Below the pieces are notes generated by a model, which saw only the letters and a program-made list of their open reading frames with translations, did no database searches and was not told the DNA's origin. A stretch of 60,507 nucleotides of DNA, filler included, from a bacterium (GTDB lineage Bacteria; UBA9089; CG2-30-40-21; SBAY01): assembly GCA_040757115.1 (NCBI GenBank). It is 3 parts of 3 records of this genome, joined end to end, with 100 filler letters (N's around TTAATTAATTAA, not from the genome) between each part and the next. Parts side by side here need not be neighbours in the genome. Positions count along the whole stretch, not along the records: positions 1 to 20,361 come from JBFLYA010000053.1; positions 20,462 to 40,820 come from JBFLYA010000054.1; 1 more part is not named here. One strand, written 5' to 3'. Of the stretch, positions 10,772 through 20,559 are shown one piece after another. Made by a program: the position numbers and the translations under genes. Each line of letters starts with the position of its first letter. Position 1 is the stretch's first letter.

Positions 10772-13270
10772 TCAACACGGATTCAGATTTCGCAGTAGTT
10801 GCTCAGCCTCAACCCTGGGCCAGTGGTAGTGCATCTGGCTGGCTTTTTGGTAAGTGGATTGGGCGAAAATTTTGGTCTGGTCAAGATCATTTAACCCCAG
10901 ATATGCCTTAGCTAAGATTAGCTCTGCATCGGGTTCGTAGAGTAAAAAGCCTGTGCGAGCACATAGCTTCAGGACTTGGTTTGCCTGAGAGATAGCCTCT
11001 TTATATCTTTTCATATCCAACCACAACCTGCTCAACTCAAGCAAGGTTTCGATTTCAAGAAAAGGCATGCCAACCTTTCTTGCAATCTCAAGGGCTTGCT
11101 GAAGATGGACCTCAGCATCCTTGCGGTTTCCCTTTATCCTTTCAATGGTACCAAGGCAGCGGTGACATTGCGATATCTGAGCCGGCCAATTATTCCTCTG
11201 GCAGACCTCAAGGTTTGCTTTGGTAAGTTCAAAAGCCTCATCAATCTGCTTGATTGAGATTAGAAAATCAGCATAGAAAATTCCCCATCCACTGTAAAGC
11301 CGATACCCACTGAGCTTTCCTTCAAGCTCATCTGCCTGCCAAAACCCCTTTTCTGCTTCCTCATTCTTGCCCGCAAGATGGAGTATCCAGGCAAGATAGG
11401 CTTTTGAAACCACAATATACTGCTCAGAACCGGCCTTCTCTGCTGCATCATGTGCCTTTTTGGCACTCTCATCTGCCTCCTTGAGCCTGCCTACTCGAAA
11501 CTGGAGGTCAGCCAAGTTTCGATAACCTGTAGAGGCGTTTTTCCAGTCTTTGTCTTCGATTTGCATATTTGTCTTTCGAACGAAAAGCTCCTCTGCCTCT
11601 TTTGGCCGGCCTGTAGCAAGAAGAGATAGTCCGGCTTCATTGAACAGCCAGCCTTGGTCGCTCTTCTTGCTTACCAGCGGCATCTGTGAAAGGTTTCCGT
11701 CCGGAAAGAAAGTTCTGGCAAGGAATAGATTGGTTTCCCAGGCGCCAAGTTTATGGATAATAAATAGTTCCTCCCTTCTGTATATTTTCTCCCAATAGAC
11801 ATCTTTCCGCACCTCATCATAAAACCTGGCAGAACATCCATGATATACCTGCTCAAACAATGGCTGCATTTCTTCTAAGGTTTCTGGCTTATCTTTTGCT
11901 ATTTTTCCAAAGTATTCATAGATTGCTTTGTGGGTTAGCTTCTTTTCCTTTTCATCAAATATCGCCTCAAAGTAGCCCTTAATCAAAGGATGGGTAGTAT
12001 AGGTATTATCAGAGCCTTTGGTAATAAGCCTTCTTTGGCAAAGGTTATCTACCATTCTCTGGAAATAAAAATCTACCCTGGTTTGGAATATCTCCTTAAA
12101 CTCCCTTTCCGAGACTGCACCCCTAAACAGGGAGAATATCTTCATAAATCTCCTTTGTTCTTCATTTAATTGCTTATCATACCACCGCAGGATTCTATGT
12201 GCCTTACCCCCTGCCTCCTGGTCTGAATAGAAGGGCGGTATTTCCTTTGCTCTCTTAATATCACCCCCAGGGCCTAAATAATTTGCCAGGAGAACAAGGC
12301 TCAGGGTATGGCCCTTAAATTCTTTCCAGATGTCATCTATCTCATCCTCTGTTCCTCTTACCCCAATTCTTTGAAACAATAGCCGGGTATCCTCTTTTGA
12401 TAATTCCTCTATCTCAAGCCTTTGATAACTTGGGTAATTCTTGATGTCAGTCAAAGGGAACCTTGTAGTTATCAGGCACAAGCCTCTAAAATCTGCATCA
12501 GCAATGTATTTGAGTAAGTCAGTAAACTCTGGGTGTTGCAGATTACCAAATTCTTCGCCGGTTTGTGATTTTTGCATCTCCTCCAGACCATCCAGGATAA
12601 TGAGATATTCCCTTTCCAAAAGAAGCTCTTTTATTTTATCGGTCTTCTGCCAGGAGGTCTTGTAGTCATCAAGCTTAAATCTATCCTGGGAGAGATAGGT
12701 AAATAATGCGCTAAGAAAACGCTCAAGATAAGGGTTGCGATAAAACCCCCACCAGAATATGCCATCAGGCTGGATGTTGTTTTCTTTCAGGGAATCAAAC
12801 CATTTTCTTACCAATGCCGATTTTCCTACCCCACCCCAGCCGACTAATGCCCCAATCTTTACATCCGGTGATTTATACCATTTTGTAATGGTTGTAAGCA
12901 TCTTTTTCCTACCCACAAAATTCGGCTCGGGTGGGATTTGATTGTGCAGGCTGAGTAGGAGTATTCCAGGCGCTTTCCTTATCCGTTCTTCAAGTGGCAG
13001 CCCCTGAGCACAAAGATTAACCCATCTCTCCTTATACATTTTAAGCTGTCTGGGTGTATACATCGTTCGTATCCGATGTATTTTTGCATGGCAGGTTGGG
13101 CAGACGACCATAAGGTTCTCTTCGGTGTTGGGTCCTTTTTCACTTATGGGCACAATGTGGTGAATATCGGTAAGATTCTCATGTTGAGGACAGAGACAGC
13201 AGCGGTGCATTGCCTCAACCGATAGCCTATCTTTTATATCTTCAGGAATAGCTTTGCGTTGGTGTGCCAT
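10772..13270 (-). CDS. HNH endonuclease - STAND ATPase - TPR protein (Avs-like)
   Basis: CCLC...IHHIVP...NLMVVCPTCH; GWGGVGKS; IILDGLE; HPLIKGYF; C-terminal TPR helices. Confidence 0.85.
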   Translation of the reverse strand: MAHQRKAIPEDIKDRLSVEAMHRCCLCPQHENLTDIHHIVPISEKGPNTEENLMVVCPTCHAKIHRIRTMYTPRQLKMYKERWVNLCAQGLPLEERIRKAPGILLLSLHNQIPPEPNFVGRKKMLTTITKWYKSPDVKIGALVGWGGVGKSALVRKWFDSLKENNIQPDGIFWWGFYRNPYLERFLSALFTYLSQDRFKLDDYKTSWQKTDKIKELLLEREYLIILDGLEEMQKSQTGEEFGNLQHPEFTDLLKYIADADFRGLCLITTRFPLTDIKNYPSYQRLEIEELSKEDTRLLFQRIGVRGTEDEIDDIWKEFKGHTLSLVLLANYLGPGGDIKRAKEIPPFYSDQEAGGKAHRILRWYDKQLNEEQRRFMKIFSLFRGAVSEREFKEIFQTRVDFYFQRMVDNLCQRRLITKGSDNTYTTHPLIKGYFEAIFDEKEKKLTHKAIYEYFGKIAKDKPETLEEMQPLFEQVYHGCSARFYDEVRKDVYWEKIYRREELFIIHKLGAWETNLFLARTFFPDGNLSQMPLVSKKSDQGWLFNEAGLSLLATGRPKEAEELFVRKTNMQIEDKDWKNASTGYRNLADLQFRVGRLKEADESAKKAHDAAEKAGSEQYIVVSKAYLAWILHLAGKNEEAEKGFWQADELEGKLSGYRLYSGWGIFYADFLISIKQIDEAFELTKANLEVCQRNNWPAQISQCHRCLGTIERIKGNRKDAEVHLQQALEIARKVGMPFLEIETLLELSRLWLDMKRYKEAISQANQVLKLCARTGFLLYEPDAELILAKAYLGLNDLDQTKIFAQSTYQKASQMHYHWPRVEAEQLLRNLNPC

Positions 13271-13279
13271 CTTATATCA

Positions 13280-14593
13280 TTAACTCTCCTCTAAAAGCCA
13301 TTTCCATAATGGAATATAGTTTATTTTTTTATCCTCAACATCCTCTTCTGCCTCATAATCTTCTGTGATAACGAAGCCTTGTTTGAGATTCAACTCCTTC
13401 ATAGCCTTAAGCAGTGCTGAAACCTCCCTCTTTCTTGTCCTGGGGCTGTTCACATCCCAGCAGACCTAAATGAGCTCTTTTGGCTTAAAATCCTCCTTCA
13501 CCACAAAATCCACTTCCCTGTGATGCACATCCTTCCAGTAATAAAGCTCTAAGTTAGGCTTTGCACATCTCCTTCTTTCTAACTCCAAAAAGACAAGATT
13601 CTCTGCAAGCCTGCCTAAGTTTTCTGAGAATCTGAAGCCGATGGTGTTGGCAAGACCTATATCTATGGCATAGACCTTCCTGGGGCTCTTCTCCTGCTCT
13701 TTAACCCTGAAGGAGAACCTTTTGAGGAAATACAGGATATAGGCCTCTCTCAAATAACCAGAGAATCTCTCAATGGTGTCTGCTGATACTTTTAAGAATT
13801 TTTCTAAGGAACTAAAGGTTGTAAGGGAAGATATGTTGCTCAGGTAGAACCTGGTGAGGCTCATCAGCTCCTCTCCCTTCCTTATCCTGAACCTCTTTAT
13901 GATATCCCTGTTTAATATATCCTCAAAAAGCTTAAGCAGAATCTCTCTTCTTTCTTTGGCAAGGACCACCTCAGGGAATGAGCCAGACTCTAAGCACTCC
14001 CTTTGTAATCTCTTTATGTTGGTCTCTTGATTTATGAGGTCAAGTCTGTCTTTGAGATTGATACCGCAAAATGTAAGATACTCTCTGAAGGAGAGAGGAA
14101 ATAATGTGAGGTCCAGATGCCTTCCAGTGAGTAGAGTAGCCAATTCTGTACTCAGCAGTTTTGCGTTTGAGCCTGATATGATAAGTTGTGCTTTATTCAA
14201 CTCATGAACTGTTCTCACCCACTTTTCCCATTCCTTTGCCTCCTGAACCTCATCTAAGAAGAGATAGGGTCTCTGCTTTGGGTTTAGGAACTCCAAATAG
14301 ACTTCGTATATCTTCTGCAAGTTTTTGGCATCCAACCCAGTGAATCTTGGGTCTTCAAGGTTGACAAATAGTATCCTGTTCTTCTCCACACCCTCTTTGA
14401 TCAAGGACTTGGCCAATTGCCTCATCATAAAAGACTTTCCACTCCTCCTTGCACCAGTAATCACGATGATATGGGAGGTGGTGAGGAAGCCTTTGAGCCT
14501 GTTGAGGTAGTGAGGCCTTTCGTATCCTGTGGCTAAATCCTTCTTCCAGAAGTTCCAGTCTTCTAATACCCTGATTATCTCATTTTTCTCCAT
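13280..14593 (-). pseudogene. AAA_14/DUF4143 ATPase with a premature TAG
   Basis: Paralog of 8778-10067; ...KELI*VCWD... where the paralog has LIQVC; frame stays open 62 more codons to IPLWKWLLEES*. Confidence 0.8.
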
Positions 14594-14685
14594 TTTGTTT
14601 TCCTTTATCTGGTAAAATTGATAAATTTTACCTAATATATTATAGCATAACCTCGATTTTGTGTCAAGACCTTCTACTTCCTTAT

Positions 14686-14792
14686 CTATGATTCAGACAC
14701 TGGACATCAGACACAAGACTATAGATTCTATTTATGCAGGAAATTAGTGACATTTGGGAAACCATCCTCAAAACTTCACTCCCTGAATTTTT
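14686..14792. mobile_element. truncated MITE (CTGTGATTCAGACA-ended family)
   Basis: Near-identical to the left part of 56817-57028; a third stub lies at ~59674-59705. Confidence 0.7.
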
Positions 14793-14892
14793 CCACCTGT
14801 GCGGTTAGATTAACCTCCCTCACATCTTTTAAAACCACGAACGACCCACAAGTGGGTACCCCGGAAGGGGATGAAGAATTATAAACCAAATC

Positions 14893-15180
14893 GTAACTAT
14901 TCAGCCACAGATGGACACGGATGAAACACGGAAAAATCTGTGAGGCGTGTCCGAGATCCGTGTCTGTAATTAGGCTGAAGGGTTTTTCTCCTCTATCCTT
15001 CTTGATTTTCTGCCAGTGTAGGGAATTTCCACCCCCTAACCCCCGCCAGCGGGGGACAACCCACCCCCTATCCCGCCAACGGGGGACAACCCGCCTCTAA
15101 CCTCTGTCTTCTGTCCTCTGCCTTCTGTCCTCTGCTATTTATCTGTGCCAATCCGTGTTAATCAGTGGCTGAATAGTTAC
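14893..15180. mobile_element. IS66-end-like MITE (family B)
   Basis: GTAACTATTCAGCC...GGCTGAATAGTTAC; inverted homolog of 49654-49920; no target duplication seen here. Confidence 0.75.
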
Positions 15181-17915
15181 TATTTTTTTATCTTTTCTCT
15201 TGCCTCTTTGAGCCAATCTTTGCCGTATTTAGCCTCAAACAATTTTTCTATTAGCTTTCTTTCTACCGCCTCAAGCCGTTCAAGTCTTTTTAGTGCTTTC
15301 AATGGCTCGTCTCTTTCTAAATATCCTCCTATTTCATTTGCCACAAAGAAGATGTTAAGCCTCATCCAGAGCTTTTCCCAATTTAGCTCCTTAAGCATAT
15401 CTTTCAATATAATAGCCTCTTCATATCGGCTTTTAGAAAACAGGTCTTTAAGAAGAAGGATGAATGCCTCATCTATGTCATCGGAAGGTATCTCCATAGC
15501 CCTTATCTCTCCTAATCTCTTCTTTACTAAACCATAATTCTTACTCTCAAGTTGAAACTCTATGGAATAGAAAGATTTCTGAGGTTTCAGCCTTATTCCT
15601 TCTTTATAAGCCGCAAAGCCTTCTTCATAACGACCAAGCTTATCAAGTATCTCTCCTTTGTTATACCACGCTACAGCATCATCAGGCTTTAATTCTATTG
15701 CCTTCTCAAAGGCGGCAAGTGCTTCTTCATAACGACCAAGCTTATCAAGTATACATCCTTTGTTATACCACGCTATAGCCTCATCAGGCTCTAATTCTAT
15801 TGCCTTCTCATAGGCGGCAAGTGCTTCTTCATAACGACCAAGTTCACCAAGTGCATATCCTTTCCTCCACCACGCCAAGGCATCATCAGGTTTTAATTCT
15901 ATTGCCTTCTCAATTGCTACAAGTGCTTCTTCATAACGACCAAGTTCACCAAGTGCATATCCTTTCCTACGCCACGCCAAGACATCATCAGGCTTTAATT
16001 CTATTGCCTTTTCAAAGGCTACAAGTGCTTCTTCATAACGACCAAGTTCACCAAGTATCCATCCTTTGTTATACCACATCCAGGCACAATCAGACTTTAA
16101 TTTTATTGCCTTCTCAATTGCTACAAATGCTTCTTCATAACGACCAAGATTACCAAGTATACATCCCTTGTTATTCCACGCGAAGGCATCATCAGGCTTT
16201 AATTCTATTGCCTTCTCATAGGCTGCAAGTTCTTCTTCATAACGACCAAGTTTACCAAGTATCCATCCTTTGTTATTCCACGCTTCAGCCATATCAGGTT
16301 TTAATTCTATTGCCTTCTCAGTTGCTACCAATGCTTCTTCATAACGACCAAGTTCACCAAGTGCATATCCTTTCCCACGCCACGCCCAGGCATCATCAGG
16401 CTCTAATTCTATTGCCTTCTCATAGGCGGTAAGTGCTTCTTCATAACGACCAAGTGTACCAAGTTCAACTCCCTTATCAACCCATTCCTTAGCCAAATCA
16501 GGTCTTTCCTTATCTCGCTCAATTTCATAAGAAAGAGGTTCAAGAAATGGCTTTTCAATAATAAACCTCTCCTTTAATCTGATTGCTTGCTCATAAAGCC
16601 CTACCAGTTCACCTGGCACCTTTTTCTTAAGCCCAATTAATTCATCATGACTAAAGATATGGGCAAATAAAGGGATGACAAATGACCATTTCTCTTGCCA
16701 GGAGCCACCCTTTCTCCATTTATACCAGATAGAAAAAAGTGGTTCAGAGAGGATATAGAATCTTTCCTTCCCTGTGCTTTCTGTAGCACTCCTTAGCCAA
16801 CCCTTCTTTATCAGCCGCAAGATGTAAGTGGAAACCTCGGCTAAACTAAAGGAGGTCTTCTCTTCAATCTCTTTAGGTTGCAAGGATTGCTCGGATTCGG
16901 CAAATAACTCTATTATCTTTCTTTCCTTTGGAGGTAAAATCCACAAAGCCTCTCTGTAGATTAAGGTGAGCTTCTCAAATATCTCCTGCATAAATCCAAA
17001 AGAAGACCGCCATCTAATCTCTGCGGATTTTTCATCATCTATCCTTCCACATTCAGAGAGAACAATCTCAAAGAGGGGAAAGATCATTCTTGGCAGTCCT
17101 CCTGAAAGATAAGAGATTGCCTGGAAGATTCTTATTCTTCTCTCACCCTGGGGAGAACGAAGATATTTAATTAGCCGGGGAGACTCTTTGGCATAAAACT
17201 CTTGAATCCTTGAGATGAGCTCAAAAGACTCACTATCGCTGAACCTACTAATCTCATGTTTTTTAAAATAGCCATAAATAGAAGAATCCCTTTTGCCAAG
17301 AATTTCAATAAAGGTTGCTGATGTAGCCAATAGTTTAAGGCTCTTTGAACGGGGCAGGAGAGAAAGGAAGTTATCTACCTCGTTTTTTTCAAAGGAGTCA
17401 ATCAACCGATCAAGATTCTCTACCATTATTATCGTTCTTTTCCTGAATCTATCTCTTATCTCCTCAAATACACTTTTTGCTCGATTGAATCGCTTATCTT
17501 TATTCTCACCCTCTTCAACCCATTTAATCTTACTATTGACAAATTCGTGAATTTTTTCATCTTGTATCGTCCTTCCGGGTATATTGATAATCACCTCAAG
17601 GGCTCTTTGGAGTATTTCCGCCACATTTCTTGCGCCAAAGAGCTCCTCTGGAAGCAGGATAGGGAAATAGTGTTTTGAGAGGGATGTATCTTCTTTTATC
17701 CGATGAAAGATTATAGAAAGGAGGAAGGTTTTTCCTATCCCGGCTGGACCATAAAAGAGGTGGGACTGAAGGTATCTATCCGACTCTATCTCCTCTTTTA
17801 ATTCTTTGATTATATCCTCTACATAATCCTTTCTTTCTCTTCCTACAAAGATAGACTCTAAATCTTCGGCTCGTTCAACCGCAGGATGAAAGCGACTTAT
17901 CAAGATCTCGCTCAT
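15180..17915 (-). CDS. STAND-type ATPase - wHTH - TPR protein
   Basis: YGPAGIGKT, IMVENLD, SGGLPR; about 9 near-identical 34-aa TPRs (LGRYEEALxAxEKAIELKPD). Confidence 0.85.
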   Translation of the reverse strand: MSEILISRFHPAVERAEDLESIFVGRERKDYVEDIIKELKEEIESDRYLQSHLFYGPAGIGKTFLLSIIFHRIKEDTSLSKHYFPILLPEELFGARNVAEILQRALEVIINIPGRTIQDEKIHEFVNSKIKWVEEGENKDKRFNRAKSVFEEIRDRFRKRTIIMVENLDRLIDSFEKNEVDNFLSLLPRSKSLKLLATSATFIEILGKRDSSIYGYFKKHEISRFSDSESFELISRIQEFYAKESPRLIKYLRSPQGERRIRIFQAISYLSGGLPRMIFPLFEIVLSECGRIDDEKSAEIRWRSSFGFMQEIFEKLTLIYREALWILPPKERKIIELFAESEQSLQPKEIEEKTSFSLAEVSTYILRLIKKGWLRSATESTGKERFYILSEPLFSIWYKWRKGGSWQEKWSFVIPLFAHIFSHDELIGLKKKVPGELVGLYEQAIRLKERFIIEKPFLEPLSYEIERDKERPDLAKEWVDKGVELGTLGRYEEALTAYEKAIELEPDDAWAWRGKGYALGELGRYEEALVATEKAIELKPDMAEAWNNKGWILGKLGRYEEELAAYEKAIELKPDDAFAWNNKGCILGNLGRYEEAFVAIEKAIKLKSDCAWMWYNKGWILGELGRYEEALVAFEKAIELKPDDVLAWRRKGYALGELGRYEEALVAIEKAIELKPDDALAWWRKGYALGELGRYEEALAAYEKAIELEPDEAIAWYNKGCILDKLGRYEEALAAFEKAIELKPDDAVAWYNKGEILDKLGRYEEGFAAYKEGIRLKPQKSFYSIEFQLESKNYGLVKKRLGEIRAMEIPSDDIDEAFILLLKDLFSKSRYEEAIILKDMLKELNWEKLWMRLNIFFVANEIGGYLERDEPLKALKRLERLEAVERKLIEKLFEAKYGKDWLKEAREKIKK

Positions 17916-19243
17916 TTTGCAGGAAACCTCCTCCAGAAGTCCCTTAATAATTTTGATTTAAAAGAGTATTTGCCATTTTTCTCTTCTATCAAGAGGTCAT
18001 CTATAAGCCATTGAATCATATTTTCAAACTCCTCTTGTTCAAGACCAGTCTTTTCTTTAAAAATCTTCTTTGCCATCCCTTTTTCTATCTCTTCTTTAGC
18101 CATTTCAGAAAGCATAGCATAACCTGCCGATGACAATCTTCCAGGATACCTTCTGGGTAAATCCTGAAAGTCTCTTAAAAGATTCCAGCCCTCTTTACCT
18201 ATTAACCTTTCATATATCTCTTCAGGGCATACATCTTTTTTCTCTCTATATACCTCATTCCACACATAGACAAAGATATGAATAAAGTAAGGCACATAGG
18301 TTTCAAGGAGATTACATATTTCTTCAATCTCTCCCTTTTTTGGGATTATCTGTGAATTGTAAGCAAGTTCTTCAAGGAGTAGATTTGCATCCTGTCTTTC
18401 AAGCAAAGGAAGATCAATCTTTTCAAAATTAGAAAGGGTTTGCCCAGCAATTCTATCCTCTGCTTCACTACTTGCCGTAATGAATCTTATATTAGAAAGA
18501 TTAAAGAACCGGTCAAAATTTAGAGGTTCATTATTATTTTTAAGATTTCTTAAGAATTCAGCAAACTCGTCAACCAGGAGTAAGTAGTGTTTATCTTGAG
18601 GGAAAAGAGAAGGTAGTATACTCTCTAACCCCTCTTTTGATGTCTTTTCAATTTCTTCCCTTTGTTTTTGACGTTCAAGGGAATTGCCCTTTTTTATTTC
18701 GTATCCAATTGCCCCTAAGAATGCTCTCACATCTTGCAGATTTCTTGCCTGGATGAAGAGGGGTTGATAAGGTTGGGGTGGTCTTTCAAAGATGGCATTA
18801 AGTATTGAGGTCTTTCCATAACACCTTGGAGCACGGAGAGAAATATGCCTTTCTTTAAGCAATTCCAATATTTCCAAAATCAAATTTTCCCTGCCTACAA
18901 GTTCATCAAAGGGAAGAAGGGTTCTTAGGCGAATAAGGAAGGTAGGAATTCTATTCTTTGTAAAGAGCCATTCAAGATGCCTTCTAAATCTCTCTTCATT
19001 AAAACTTCCATCTTTATAGGCATATTCTACAATATCTTTTACCTCTTGAGCCTCCTTACTGGTAGATGAGGTGGTAGTAAGTTCTAAAGAATGCTTTTGG
19101 GCAAGTTCCTTAGCCGTATTAAGGAGAAGAAAGTAAAGGTCTAAAATTTTTGTGTCGTTGACTTCCTTTCTTTCATTTATAATTCCCAAAGAGAATCCTT
19201 TGTCTTTGTTTGAGAATTCAAGAAGATATTTATAAGTTTTCAT
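17912..19243 (-). CDS. P-loop ATPase (archaeal ATPase_2/STAND-like)
   Basis: LVGRE, APRCYGKTS, LLVDEF, PYFIH, LLRDFW; ATGA overlap with the downstream gene. Confidence 0.8.
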   Translation of the reverse strand: MKTYKYLLEFSNKDKGFSLGIINERKEVNDTKILDLYFLLLNTAKELAQKHSLELTTTSSTSKEAQEVKDIVEYAYKDGSFNEERFRRHLEWLFTKNRIPTFLIRLRTLLPFDELVGRENLILEILELLKERHISLRAPRCYGKTSILNAIFERPPQPYQPLFIQARNLQDVRAFLGAIGYEIKKGNSLERQKQREEIEKTSKEGLESILPSLFPQDKHYLLLVDEFAEFLRNLKNNNEPLNFDRFFNLSNIRFITASSEAEDRIAGQTLSNFEKIDLPLLERQDANLLLEELAYNSQIIPKKGEIEEICNLLETYVPYFIHIFVYVWNEVYREKKDVCPEEIYERLIGKEGWNLLRDFQDLPRRYPGRLSSAGYAMLSEMAKEEIEKGMAKKIFKEKTGLEQEEFENMIQWLIDDLLIEEKNGKYSFKSKLLRDFWRRFPAK

Positions 19244-19949
19244 GTTGGTTTTGTTCCTTTATGTACTTCTTCCAGGTCTTATCAGCAAATTCGTCAGCAA
19301 TCATCAGTAATCCGCTTAAGGCATGAAAACGGTCCTGGATGGATTTAATCTCTGGGTGGTTTACATTTTTCCTTATTTCTTCATAAATTATGTGCTGTTT
19401 AATATCCCACGCCTCTTGCAGTGAAGTCATAATCTGGACCTCAAGATAATACACCTTTTCATCCCTTTTCATCTTAAAATACTCATGGATAGCCCGATGT
19501 GCCCCTTTTTCAAAACTCAAACCTGCTTCAATTCTTTTATCTTTTCTCTTATCTTCACAGTATTCAAAAGGGACAGGGTCAAAATCAGACTTATTCTTTA
19601 ACTTTTCATCTATTTTCTCCATATCCGAGTTATAATTACATAGAATACGGCAGCGGGCAATATCGTCAAGCTTTAAGATACAATCTTCGATAAATCCTTT
19701 TAGATTTGATGCAGAAGGCTTTTTCTTTATAGTTTTATTAATCTTTTCAACAATAGAGGAAGAGGATTTAAGCCTATTTTTATTCTCTATATCTATCCAA
19801 TAGGCTTTTCTTCCATATTGAAAAAAGATTTTGTCATTCTCTTGGGTTATAAAATCAAAAAGTTTTTTTATAAAATTGTCATAGAAGATTTCCCAGGTAC
19901 TTCTTAAATCCTGAATAATTTTAATAGTGTCGTTGTTTAGTTCAGGCAT
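19230..19949 (-). CDS. RelA/SpoT-domain small alarmone synthetase-like protein
   Basis: RLKSSSSIVEK, DDIARCRILC, HRAIH, LEVQIMTSLQEAW...H; no hydrolase domain. Confidence 0.75.
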   Translation of the reverse strand: MPELNNDTIKIIQDLRSTWEIFYDNFIKKLFDFITQENDKIFFQYGRKAYWIDIENKNRLKSSSSIVEKINKTIKKKPSASNLKGFIEDCILKLDDIARCRILCNYNSDMEKIDEKLKNKSDFDPVPFEYCEDKRKDKRIEAGLSFEKGAHRAIHEYFKMKRDEKVYYLEVQIMTSLQEAWDIKQHIIYEEIRKNVNHPEIKSIQDRFHALSGLLMIADEFADKTWKKYIKEQNQHENL

Positions 19950-19971
19950 TTTTGTTTCCTATATAATTAGA

Positions 19972-20060
19972 ATTATACCACAGTATTAAATTTTTGTCAA
20001 CTAAAATTTTAATCAACAAATTTGTTAGTCAACAAATTTGTTAGTTAACAAATTTGTTAA
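19972..20060 (-). promoter_or_regulatory. sigma70 promoter plus three tandem palindromic operator-like repeats
   Basis: Minus strand TTGACA-17-(TGG)TATAAT at 20000-19972; three 16-bp units containing AACAAATTTGTT at 20013-20060. Confidence 0.7.
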
Positions 20061-20234
20061 GAATGAACTGTTCTCCCCTCCCTCTTGATAGCCTTTCAAA
20101 AAGGTTCTGCTGTTGGAGAGTCAAAAAGAGTAGCTATCTCTTGAGAAGGAAGTTACAGAGGATGAAGAGAGGTGGTGTCGAATTTCAATAAAGATCAGGA
20201 AACCCCAACAAGTTGATCAAGATGAGAATAATGT

Positions 20235-20361
20235 GTAACCGTTCAGCCACAGAGGCACAGAGTTCACAGAGAATTAGAGAAATTAGCCACAAATGGACAC
20301 GAATTAACCTGTGACATTCGATAAATGTAGTGCGAACCTTATGGTTTTTGCAAAATTAACT
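20235..20361. mobile_element. IS66-end-like MITE truncated at contig end
   Basis: GTAACCGTTCAGCCACAGAGGCACAGAG... Confidence 0.65.
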
Positions 20362-20461
20362 NNNNNNNNNNNNNNNNNNNNNNNNNNNNNNNNNNNNNNN
20401 NNNNNTTAATTAATTAANNNNNNNNNNNNNNNNNNNNNNNNNNNNNNNNNNNNNNNNNNNN
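20362..20461. other. artificial contig linker
   Basis: N-run with a TTAATTAATTAA six-frame stop. Confidence 0.95.
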
Positions 20462-20559
20462 CCTTTTTGAGGTTAATTATAACAGATATTAATGTCAAAG
20501 AGCTAAATAAAGGTGCACGATGTCCTGCTACAAAATAGAGGATTAGGAGTGCACGATGT

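Noticed and set aside
13466-13468. TAG readthrough or stop-codon reassignment
   Set aside because: Single case; priA, the ABC ATPase and others end normally at TAG, so a CAG>TAG mutation or an error is simpler
15600-16480. Diversity-generating retroelement acting on the TPR repeats (an Avd-like gene is present at 26176-26818)
   Set aside because: No reverse transcriptase or non-coding template repeat in the window; differences are not confined to adenine positions
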